Virus record (IMG/VR): IMGVR_UViG_3300005526_000001
Location: 1-58,734 of that record
Length of the DNA stretch: 58,734 nucleotides
Reading direction: 5' to 3' (one strand)
Source: a virus
Lineage: Duplodnaviria > Caudoviricetes
The position numbers were made by a program, and so were the translations under genes. This document shows, in pieces, positions 36,759 to 44,634 of this stretch. The notes under the pieces were generated by a model. That model was not told the origin of the DNA. It searched no databases and saw nothing but the letters and a program-made list of their open reading frames with translations. Each line of letters opens with the position of its first letter. The stretch's first letter is position 1.

Positions 36759-37982
36759 ATGGCTAGATGGCATGTACTACATAAAAGGCTTTGGGGAGAG
36801 AACGAAGCTCAATTCTCTATGGAGAATCTGCATGTAACCTGGAACAAAGGGGAGAACGGCCCGCATGAACTTACTTACGAGATTTCGTATTATTACGAAA
36901 CAGACCTGACTCAAATCATCCCCTACAACATCGACTTCGGTCTGTTTCGTAATGATCGCGAAATCATGCAAGGCATGGTTACTGCTGTAGGGTTTGAAGC
37001 CGAACAAGAGTATTTGAGTGTTGCTGCCAAAAGCTATCTGCATTACTTAGAAAAGCGTATGTTCCCATACGACGCACAACATCCGAATGCCTTTCTTATC
37101 GGTGATCCTCCGCGTGGATCGGCTTACGAGGTTACGAATGCAGAAGTTAAGAACATAATAGAAACTCTATTGAGCAGTACAATAGCCATGCCAAACAGTT
37201 TGCCGATTACATGGACGCTAGCAGACACAGGGCATCATACTGATTATCGTATCGATCTTCCTGATTCGGCATCTATTCTTTCTAAGATACAAGAGCTGTC
37301 AGGACAAGACCCTGGCATATTTGATTTTTGGATGGATAACCTGGAATTCAAAATGGCTGTACCAAGACGGTATCCTATAGCTGTTCTCGGCGACGCCTCC
37401 CTGTGCGCCTGGACTTTCACGGATAGCGCGTCAGGATTGTTAAATGTGAAATTCACGAATAATGGTCCAGAGGGTAATCACATTCTTGGAGTTGGTGCAG
37501 GTAATAATCCATTCAGCACCGGAGATTCTCCTAGTAGTGCAGACCTTGAATTTTCAATGGACGACTACGACTCACAAGCATATTATCGTAGGTACGATAT
37601 ATACCAAGACTTCGGTGACGTGCCAAATAGAGCACGAGTTCAGGCTCTTACAAAAGGTTATTTCGGTCATGCCATACAACCACAACATGAACTTAGTGTA
37701 GATGTGTATGCCGATGCTGTGCCGAACTTCTGGTACGGGACTATCTACCCCGGCTGTGCCATTTGGCTAGATTACAGCAACGGCATTTACCATCTGAATT
37801 CTGCGTACGAGGTAGTTTCTATAGACCTAGAGGTCAATACCGAAACCGACGAGATGGTCACGCTGAATCTCAATCAGGTCTATCCGTTCTATCAAGAAGC
37901 GGCACCGCCAGTTGTGGTTGCTCCTGGCACAGACGTTAACAAACCGCCTATCTATCTCGTTACGAATACACCATACGGATAA
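36759..37982 (+). CDS. Minor tail/hub protein (ReqiPepy6 gp37-like)
   Basis: SYLHYLEKR, IQELSG...FDF and NHILGVG motifs; position. Confidence 0.7.
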   Translation: MARWHVLHKRLWGENEAQFSMENLHVTWNKGENGPHELTYEISYYYETDLTQIIPYNIDFGLFRNDREIMQGMVTAVGFEAEQEYLSVAAKSYLHYLEKRMFPYDAQHPNAFLIGDPPRGSAYEVTNAEVKNIIETLLSSTIAMPNSLPITWTLADTGHHTDYRIDLPDSASILSKIQELSGQDPGIFDFWMDNLEFKMAVPRRYPIAVLGDASLCAWTFTDSASGLLNVKFTNNGPEGNHILGVGAGNNPFSTGDSPSSADLEFSMDDYDSQAYYRRYDIYQDFGDVPNRARVQALTKGYFGHAIQPQHELSVDVYADAVPNFWYGTIYPGCAIWLDYSNGIYHLNSAYEVVSIDLEVNTETDEMVTLNLNQVYPFYQEAAPPVVVAPGTDVNKPPIYLVTNTPYG

Positions 37983-38224
37983 TGCCATCTAAAGCCGTAC
38001 ATAGAACAGTATTAGACGATATTTGTGGTCGCATCAAATGGCTTGAACGCGCTGTATTTAAGTTGCAAAATAATAAGCTTCGGAGCATACCTGTTTATGA
38101 CGCAGATCATCTTCCACATGATATGCCTAATGGATTACTTTTCTTCGCTATAGATACGCAGCAGTTTGGTATGGTTATTGACGATACTATTTATTATGCC
38201 GATACAGAGGCTACAGAATTATAA
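37982..38224 (+). CDS. Small tail-tip protein, paralogous to the N-terminus of 38224..39522
   Basis: Shared MPS...LE..V...QN.K....P.Y...HLPHD..NG. Confidence 0.75.
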   Translation: MPSKAVHRTVLDDICGRIKWLERAVFKLQNNKLRSIPVYDADHLPHDMPNGLLFFAIDTQQFGMVIDDTIYYADTEATEL

Positions 38225-39522
38225 TGCCTAGCCATAATTACCCCAAGGATATCTTTGAACAATTCGATATTGAATTATGTGAACTCGAGAATCTTGTAAA
38301 AGATATGCAAAATGCAAAAGGCGGTTATTTCCCTACATATCAGAAAGCTCACCTTCCTCACGATTTATTTAACGGACAAGGGTTTCATGTAGAAGAAGGT
38401 CAATTCTGTGTTTACGTTGATGGTAGTATTTATTGTATGCCAACAGAAGAAGGTGGGCCAACTGGCGCGCTGCATGATCTTATAGTCAATCCCTGGGTAC
38501 TAAGCGAGCCTACTTCAAAACAAGGTACTCAATTTTGGCATGAGGAAATTATGGATGTGGGTGATCCGGCTGCCGAACAAACTAGAAACATTCCACTTCC
38601 TGGCGGTATATCTGTAGTTTTTGCTGGTCCTAATAAAAATATTTGGTATGCATATGATCGAGCACTCGCTGAAAATCCCCCTGTCGGTTCTAGAGCTATG
38701 GCAAACGAGGCAGTTGAAGGAATTTATTTTTGTGAACATGTAGATGGAATATGGATACCAAGAGGTGTAGTTGGTGATCCTCAAAATGAAGGTTACATGG
38801 ATCTTGTGGTTGGACTCCCTTCACCAAGTACATTCTTTTATTGGGCAGCTCAAGTAGTAAATTCTAGCATTCTTACTCCCACAACACAAGCCGTTTATGA
38901 ATCTGCTTTCAGCCCAATATACGATACTGGAATGCCTAATATTTTATCTCCTATGTCTAAATTAGCGTACGAGCCTGGTTATCACAGATGGAGTTTAGAT
39001 GATCTTCCTCCGACTATAGCCACGGATGGAACTTATATTTACTGTATTTCCGCACACTTTAGACGACAGTATTTTACAGGCCCACCTGGTTATTTTGATC
39101 CAACTATTACTGATCCAATCTCTATACCCACATACGAATGTTGTGATACAATGAAAGTATGGCGATACGCAGCAGGCTTGTGGTCAGTTATAGGAACGTT
39201 TAATTCTGCTTTTCCAGATAATTTTGAACCTTTTACTGATTTGCCAACAATGACAGGTAGTCCAGGTACTTCTTTCGGTCCAGGAGTTGATAATTCACTT
39301 TGGACTACTTTTGGAATAACCAATGTATATCTTAATGCTGATCCAGGTGATGTGGGTCATCCTATAATCATTTTTAACGATGCTTCGGGTACTACTATTA
39401 TAGGATCGAATCTTTATCCGTCTGGTGTAGGTGTATGTTATACATCTGTTTGGGGTGGTTCTACAAGTGAAGGTGCTTTTTATATTAAAAGATTTAACGG
39501 GTCGAGTTGGGTTGATATTTAA
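38224..39522 (+). CDS. Putative receptor-binding/tail-tip protein
   Basis: AT-rich; propeller-like W.Y.G.W and RFNGSSW motifs. Confidence 0.65.
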   Translation: MPSHNYPKDIFEQFDIELCELENLVKDMQNAKGGYFPTYQKAHLPHDLFNGQGFHVEEGQFCVYVDGSIYCMPTEEGGPTGALHDLIVNPWVLSEPTSKQGTQFWHEEIMDVGDPAAEQTRNIPLPGGISVVFAGPNKNIWYAYDRALAENPPVGSRAMANEAVEGIYFCEHVDGIWIPRGVVGDPQNEGYMDLVVGLPSPSTFFYWAAQVVNSSILTPTTQAVYESAFSPIYDTGMPNILSPMSKLAYEPGYHRWSLDDLPPTIATDGTYIYCISAHFRRQYFTGPPGYFDPTITDPISIPTYECCDTMKVWRYAAGLWSVIGTFNSAFPDNFEPFTDLPTMTGSPGTSFGPGVDNSLWTTFGITNVYLNADPGDVGHPIIIFNDASGTTIIGSNLYPSGVGVCYTSVWGGSTSEGAFYIKRFNGSSWVDI

Positions 39523-40202
39523 TGCCGTGGCATCCCACTCATACTTTTAGAACTGGAAGAGGAGTTCTTTATGAATTTCTACGTTGGAATTTGGTAATAG
39601 AAAGAAGTAGTATTGTTGCCGATGTATATGTTGCTAATCCTGATGAGGGTACTGCCCCTTCTGGATATCAAGAAGTATATGCTGTCAGTCCTGGTATGAT
39701 TACGCATGAAGGTGAATTCAAATATGTTGTTGTTGTTATAGTTAATTCTTATGGTATTGATAGCGCATTTATTACTATATATGATTTTTATCCAGAACGA
39801 GAAACAGGATCTTCAAGATGGGTTTCTGTTTTTAGTGGATTCCTTCCATATCGCGTTGGACTTTTTTCCGTTAAAGCAGATAGAAAAAATGTATGGGTTC
39901 TAATCGAAAAAATAAATGGTGCTCCTTCTTATGTTTCTGCGCCTTATGCTGCTGAATTATGGAGATACGATCTTGTGTGCCATGAATTTGAATTAGTATC
40001 TACAATACCTCAAATAATATTAGATGATAGTAACGTAATAGAATTTCAACCAAACGTGCGACCGCTAGCGTTAGTTGGAAATAAAATAGCGACAGCTTGT
40101 TCTACTCCATTATATGACGGCGATGCGTTTGTATCTGGTGGAAGATGGCCATATAGAGCATTTACAACAACCATCCAAAGGAACGCTGAGGAATGTGCTT
40201 AA
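39522..40202 (+). CDS. Putative tail-tip protein (beta-rich)
   Basis: TAATG-coupled; AT-rich. Confidence 0.65.
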   Translation: MPWHPTHTFRTGRGVLYEFLRWNLVIERSSIVADVYVANPDEGTAPSGYQEVYAVSPGMITHEGEFKYVVVVIVNSYGIDSAFITIYDFYPERETGSSRWVSVFSGFLPYRVGLFSVKADRKNVWVLIEKINGAPSYVSAPYAAELWRYDLVCHEFELVSTIPQIILDDSNVIEFQPNVRPLALVGNKIATACSTPLYDGDAFVSGGRWPYRAFTTTIQRNAEECA

Positions 40203-40217
40203 ACTAAAGGGAGGAGT

Positions 40218-40958
40218 ATGAACCTTACAATAACTAGTCCGTTGATGCATAGTTCAGATGCTAAGAAGGTTCAGACGGCTTTAATAAACGCGGGCTACTT
40301 GCATGGTAAGGCAGATGGTATCTACGGTCCTGAGACAGCAGGCGCAGTACGCAAAGCTAAATACTGGCTAGGTTATGCGCTTAAGAACGTAGACTACCGT
40401 GCTGGCGATGCGTTCTACGCACTAGTCACAGGCAATAAACAACCTAGCCTCGCAATGAAAGCACGAATTGCTGCTAGGAAGAGGCAACTAGCTGGTAAAC
40501 CGTTAGGTGATAAGATTGCCGACGAAGCCGCTAAATGGATATCCACGAAGGAAAATCCGCCCGGTAGCAACAAGGTAAAGTTCTCCGAATGGTACGGAGT
40601 TACTGGTCCCTGGTGCGCGATGTTCGTAACGTGGTGCGGCGTAACAGCAGGTTCAAAAGCTTTTAGTCGTAGCGCACGTTACGCTTATGTACCGTTTATG
40701 GTAAACGATGCGTTCGCCACACGCAATGGTTTGTCGCGCACCACCACACCTGTGCGGGGAGATTTAGTGGCCTACGATTGGAACCGTGATGGAGTTGCAG
40801 ATCACGTAGGAATTTTTGATAAGTGGACTACTGGCAAAACACAGTTTTCAACAATAGAAGGTAATACTGCTGTGGGAAATGACAGCAATGGGGGAGAGGT
40901 AATGCGTCGTCAACGGAATATTACAGACGTTCAATGCTTCATTCACGTGAACGTATGA
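40218..40958 (+). CDS. Endolysin: peptidoglycan-binding domain plus CHAP
   Basis: VQTAL...ADGIYGPETAGAV; PWCAMFV, DHVGI, TIEGNT. Confidence 0.93.
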   Translation: MNLTITSPLMHSSDAKKVQTALINAGYLHGKADGIYGPETAGAVRKAKYWLGYALKNVDYRAGDAFYALVTGNKQPSLAMKARIAARKRQLAGKPLGDKIADEAAKWISTKENPPGSNKVKFSEWYGVTGPWCAMFVTWCGVTAGSKAFSRSARYAYVPFMVNDAFATRNGLSRTTTPVRGDLVAYDWNRDGVADHVGIFDKWTTGKTQFSTIEGNTAVGNDSNGGEVMRRQRNITDVQCFIHVNV

Positions 40959-41131
40959 AAAGCCGTCCCGCAGAGACAACTGCTTTTGCGAGTGCTGTTG
41001 TCGTTCTGATAGCGTACTTTGCTGGCGTGGACGACCCGGCGGTTATTGCTGCTCTAACGATCGTTGTTGGAGCAATCCCAGGAGTCGTCACGAGTATTGT
41101 TGTTTGGCGCAGAAAGAATGCTACTAGTTAA
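40955..41131 (+). CDS. Probable holin (2 TM)
   Basis: ATGA-coupled to endolysin; two hydrophobic helices, basic C-terminus. Confidence 0.7.
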   Translation: MKSRPAETTAFASAVVVLIAYFAGVDDPAVIAALTIVVGAIPGVVTSIVVWRRKNATS

Positions 41132-41306
41132 TCGATTGGCGTCTTTAATATTCAAGCTAGGTGAAGATTGGACACTTGCCGGATTAGGTGCAGCATTAAT
41201 GGGAATTGGTAGCGCATTAACTGGATGGGCTGCATTAAGATCCGCCGGACTTAAGAAAAAAGAAGAAGAGGAAGAAGAACATGCGCGCGATAATCCTACT
41301 GGTTAG
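41118..41306 (+). CDS. Single-TM lysis-cassette protein
   Basis: LAGLGAALMGIGSALTGWAAL plus charged tail. Confidence 0.65.
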   Translation: MLLVNRLASLIFKLGEDWTLAGLGAALMGIGSALTGWAALRSAGLKKKEEEEEEHARDNPTG

Positions 41307-41607
41307 TAGTTTAGCGCTTGCTGGTGGTGCAGGCTATTTAACATCGAAAGCTTTAAGTGCTGGTTCACAAGCCGCGGTAACAACAACCACCGTCAATGTT
41401 GCTACGGGGCCAAAAGGTGATACAGGCCCTCAAGGAGAAATAGGCCCAATAGGACCACCAGGCCCACAAGGCCAAAAAGGAGATACAGGCCCACCAGGCC
41501 CAGCAGGCGGATTAACATGTCCTGATGGATTTGTAGAAGGTGAGTTGGTAATAAATCATCCGGGCGGTCAGGTAACGACTTTCACTTGTATAAAGACAGC
41601 CCCTTGA
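41281..41607 (+). CDS. Membrane-anchored/secreted collagen-like protein
   Basis: N-terminal hydrophobic helix, Gly-X-Y run, C-terminal CPDG...TC. Confidence 0.85.
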   Translation: MRAIILLVSSLALAGGAGYLTSKALSAGSQAAVTTTTVNVATGPKGDTGPQGEIGPIGPPGPQGQKGDTGPPGPAGGLTCPDGFVEGELVINHPGGQVTTFTCIKTAP

Positions 41608-41610
41608 CAC

Positions 41611-41753
41611 TACTGCACAGTGGGGTTATGCAGAGGCCGACCGCGTAACTTAAACGACCCGCAAGGTGCCCACTGTGTAGTAAAAACGAAGCGTAGTTCT
41701 CTCCTTCTGCGCTTCGTGAGCCGGGGGTAAGAGGTTAAAATCCTCTTACCCCC
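41611..41753 (+). ncRNA. Candidate structured ncRNA (multi-stem junction plus two hairpins)
   Basis: 14-bp, 7-bp, 11-bp and 12-bp stems; G-U pairs favour the + strand. Confidence 0.5.
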
Positions 41754-41877
41754 ACCCTACAATTTAAGTTGAGGACAACATGTATATTTACGGTGTTGCG
41801 AGATTCACAGCCACTACTATAAGTTGCGCGTCTATCACTCTGCGTAGCTATAGCAAAGGTTTAATGCTAGTTTTAGC

Positions 41878-42063
41878 ATGACGTCAAAAACCGCAAGAAG
41901 GATTCATGGTACGTTATTGGTACTATGGATTTTGCCCGGACTACCTATAAGCTGGTATTTACGAGAGTCATTACCCTGGTTAGTATTTCTGTCAGTCTAC
42001 GCGATCATCGTAGGTCATGCGTCAGCGCTGTCTGCTGAACGTCCGTCTGAAATCGAAGAATAA
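41878..42063 (+). CDS. Small 2-TM membrane protein
   Basis: LLVLWILPGLPISWYL and WLVFLSVYAIIVGH. Confidence 0.75.
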   Translation: MTSKTARRIHGTLLVLWILPGLPISWYLRESLPWLVFLSVYAIIVGHASALSAERPSEIEE

Positions 42064-42126
42064 TGCAGGAGGTTTATGGTTTAAGTCTTAAGTATATGTA
42101 GACACGCCTGTTTTAGGCGGCATCAG

Positions 42127-42162
42127 TTGCCCCTGCTTTTGATAAGTGGGGGCAATTTTATT
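42127..42162. terminator. Intrinsic terminator between convergent late and replication arms
   Basis: TTGCCCCTGCTT/AAGTGGGGGCAA stem followed by TTTTATT. Confidence 0.75.
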
Positions 42163-42163
42163 A

Positions 42164-42236
42164 TGGGCCTGCTCCGATTTGAACGGAGAACCTGACGGTT
42201 ATGAGCCGCCTGCTCTAACCATTGAGCTACAGGCCC
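42164..42236 (-). tRNA. tRNA with CAU anticodon, most likely tRNA-Ile2 (lysidine, reads AUA); no encoded CCA
   Basis: GGGCCTG/CAGGCCC acceptor, TAGCTCAATGGTTAGAGC D arm, GGCGG-CTCATAA-CCGTC anticodon arm, TTCAAAT T loop. Confidence 0.93.
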
Positions 42237-42241
42237 CATGA

Positions 42242-42949
42242 TTACGGATTAACTACAACAAGTTTAATAGGCTGATGACCTTCGTTATCACAAGGTTGTC
42301 CATTCACGTCCATTTGCAATGATCCACCATTCGATACGCATACTAGAATAACACCGTTACCAAGTCCATCTTTACCTGCGGCTCCTGCATCTCCTTTCGG
42401 TCCTTGTGGGCCAGTTGCACCCGTAGCTCCTGTATCACCTTTCGGGCCTACTGGGCCTATATCACCCTTAGCACCTGTATCACCTTTAGGCCCTATTGCT
42501 CCTGTATCTCCTTTTGCACCAACGGGACCAACATCTCCAGTCCTGCCAGTCTGCCCCGTAGCTCCCGTAGATCCGGTATCACCTTTTTGTCCCGTAGCTC
42601 CTGTAGCTCCTGTTGCTCCAGTCGCTCCAGTCGCACCTGTTGCTCCGGCTGTTCCTGTTGCACCTGTTGCACCTTTCTCACCCTTATCACCTTTCGGACC
42701 AGGAATACGTGGAAATGGCTCTAACGGGATTCGCATATGTTGAATACGTCGTTCACCTACCATGCATTTTTGCCCTGTGCGTACTGCTCTCATAATACCA
42801 CCAGGCGTACTAAATTTCGGACCCTTACTAATACAAAACGGTCCGAAGTTTGCAAAGTGTTGTTTGCCTGGTAGTAAGCCCGGCGCCGCTGAACTTACTC
42901 CTACGCTAACTATGGCCGCAACGACCGCAGCTATTACTGCATTCTTCAT
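42242..42949 (-). CDS. Secreted collagen-like protein
   Basis: Signal peptide, long Gly-X-Y run, paired-Cys domains at both ends. Confidence 0.9.
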   Translation of the reverse strand: MKNAVIAAVVAAIVSVGVSSAAPGLLPGKQHFANFGPFCISKGPKFSTPGGIMRAVRTGQKCMVGERRIQHMRIPLEPFPRIPGPKGDKGEKGATGATGTAGATGATGATGATGATGATGQKGDTGSTGATGQTGRTGDVGPVGAKGDTGAIGPKGDTGAKGDIGPVGPKGDTGATGATGPQGPKGDAGAAGKDGLGNGVILVCVSNGGSLQMDVNGQPCDNEGHQPIKLVVVNP

Positions 42950-42958
42950 GAGTCCCTT

Positions 42959-43492
42959 TCATGCAAGAGGTTCAAATCCACTAGTGTTGAATTCAAAGCC
43001 TGGGCCGAATTGCCACCACTGTAGCAAATGCCGCATGGCGTCATTCGCATGTGGACTTGCTACTTTGTATACTTTTGCAGCTTTGAGCTTCTGGTCAGTA
43101 AAGTACGCATTCTTTCCGAGTGCATAAGCTGGAAGCTGTGGGTACAATTTTACTACTTTGCCCGTTTCATGCAAGAGGTTCAAACTTGCTGCTTTCTGTG
43201 CATAGAGGTTAATAATACCGATGAGATTACGAGGGAATAGCTCTACGTCAGACAGTTGTGATTTGCTATATGCATTTGTACTCCGATACTCAAATCGCTC
43301 ATACACGATAATATCTGGCCTCGATGATTGCAGATTACGGTAAAGCTGCAATTCGTTCCATACAGCTTGTCCACTAATTACGCCCATCGAGCCATCCTCG
43401 ATTATCCCACTTGCGTACCCGGTAGTCACACCGGGGTCGAGAGCGTTTACCTTGATTAAGTCTGATACAGAAATTCTAGCGGGCATTTGCAC
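42959..43492 (-). CDS. RuvC-like Holliday junction resolvase
   Basis: ALDPGVTTG, VYERF and HANDAMRH acidic motifs. Confidence 0.8.
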   Translation of the reverse strand: MQMPARISVSDLIKVNALDPGVTTGYASGIIEDGSMGVISGQAVWNELQLYRNLQSSRPDIIVYERFEYRSTNAYSKSQLSDVELFPRNLIGIINLYAQKAASLNLLHETGKVVKLYPQLPAYALGKNAYFTDQKLKAAKVYKVASPHANDAMRHLLQWWQFGPGFEFNTSGFEPLA

Positions 43493-43546
43493 TCTTACCT
43501 TACTTGATGTATTTGATTGTTTTAATTGTCACAAGGTTCGTCCTGC

Positions 43547-43623
43547 GAGCCTCCGCGAACCCCGTCAGCGGTCGGGACGGAGAATCCCCACCTTACATGA
43601 GCCTCCGCGAAACCCGTCAGCGG
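43547..43623. repeat. Two 25-bp direct repeats separated by 27 bp
   Basis: GAGCCTCCGCGAA(C/A)CCCGTCAGCGG at 43547-43571 and 43599-43623. Confidence 0.9.
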
Positions 43624-43709
43624 GTCAGAGAGTGTTTCTGACAGGCGTCTAGGGTCGTTAGATGGAGGCAGCCAGTCGGCTTTGGCGGAAGCTCCGGTGT
43701 AAAAGGGTG

Positions 43710-44045
43710 TCATTCTGGACGAAGCCTATTCTTTACATCTTCCGCTATAGTAGGATCGAACCACATTTCAACGTTAAAGCCAATTCTATGCCTATGTCTA
43801 GCTGTTTCGTTCATCTCTGTTTCTGTCATAGGACGCATACCAGCTTCTAGCATCTCGTCAGTTGTCATGCATCTGCGACCATCTTCAAGTGGAGGGATAG
43901 AATTTAATCCCTCGCTGTATGTATATTCATGTTTACCAATTCTATGTCTATCAAATAATTTATCTCCGGAAAAGTCCCTACCACAAGACGTGCAATACGC
44001 GCTACAAACATAACCTGACGGTGTTTCCCAATGTGTTGATTTCAT
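43710..44045 (-). CDS. FDxHR-type Zn-binding protein
   Basis: CTSC..DFS....FDRHRIG...RRCMT..EM. Confidence 0.75.
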   Translation of the reverse strand: MKSTHWETPSGYVCSAYCTSCGRDFSGDKLFDRHRIGKHEYTYSEGLNSIPPLEDGRRCMTTDEMLEAGMRPMTETEMNETARHRHRIGFNVEMWFDPTIAEDVKNRLRPE

Positions 44046-44055
44046 TTTGTTACTC

Positions 44056-44271
44056 CTAAGGTAGCTGTTGTTTCATTTCAACGGTACAGTTGTACTGTCT
44101 CATGTCAGGATCGTTCTGTAATCTAACTTCTATGCGATCTCTGGCCCATTCATGTATGTCAGCCATCTTCTGTGTGTATTCAGTTTCTTCTTCTGGAGTG
44201 AGAGGTACAGCCGAGTTCGTAGTAAACTGAGCTTGGTAAATTTTGTTTGGGCTTGATTGTGGTACTGACAT
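44056..44271 (-). CDS. Hypothetical protein
   Basis: TAATG-coupled. Confidence 0.7.
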   Translation of the reverse strand: MSVPQSSPNKIYQAQFTTNSAVPLTPEEETEYTQKMADIHEWARDRIEVRLQNDPDMRQYNCTVEMKQQLP

Positions 44272-44372
44272 TACTCTTCTGTCTCTTCCTCTTCCTCGGT
44301 ATCCTCTTCTGTCTCAGGTGCTGTATCGTCGGGAAGCTTCTCGTTCGGATCATCGAAAGGTGTGCTGCTCAT
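44271..44372 (-). CDS. 33-aa highly acidic peptide (not in ORF track)
   Basis: AGAAAGGA RBS; MSSTPFDDPNEKLPDDTAPETEEDTEEEEETEE. Confidence 0.65.
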   Translation of the reverse strand: MSSTPFDDPNEKLPDDTAPETEEDTEEEEETEE

Positions 44373-44409
44373 GTTAATCCTTTCTTGTAGTTGGTTGCGG
44401 AACTGCGCT

Positions 44410-44634
44410 TTACTGACAGATTACTTCAATTACTAGTTTGTGATCCAAAGACTTATTACGTGAGATTGCATTAGTGAGGCTATTCATTCCACTACCTTGT
44501 ATGACGCTCGTCCGAGTAACCATTTTCCAGACGATACCCTCGTACTCCCTATGCCTGTGCCATGTAGCCTCATGGCCCGCGGGCATAGTACACGGTCCTA
44601 ACGGTGTTGGTACGCCACACGGTTCCCTAGGCAT
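44410..44634 (-). CDS. Small Cys/His protein
   Basis: PCG....GPC...AGH...HRH; TAATG-coupled. Confidence 0.7.
   Translation of the reverse strand: MPREPCGVPTPLGPCTMPAGHEATWHRHREYEGIVWKMVTRTSVIQGSGMNSLTNAISRNKSLDHKLVIEVICQ

Noticed and set aside
12104-40202. Diversity-generating retroelement acting on fibres
   Set aside because: No reverse transcriptase and no adenine-variant TR/VR pair seen
41611-41682. Pistol or hammerhead ribozyme, or Y RNA
   Set aside because: TTAAAC linker is pistol-like, but I found no loop pseudoknot partner, no CUGANGA/GAAA core and no T-arm
43547-43623. Bona fide CRISPR or TIGR array
   Set aside because: Only two repeats; no cas1/2, effector or Nop-domain gene; the adjacent RuvC-like protein looks like an ordinary resolvase. 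Kept only as a hypothesis
43522-43713. 63-aa ORF as a protein gene
   Set aside because: ATGA-coupled, but the repeats translate in different frames and there is no recognisable motif; not excluded
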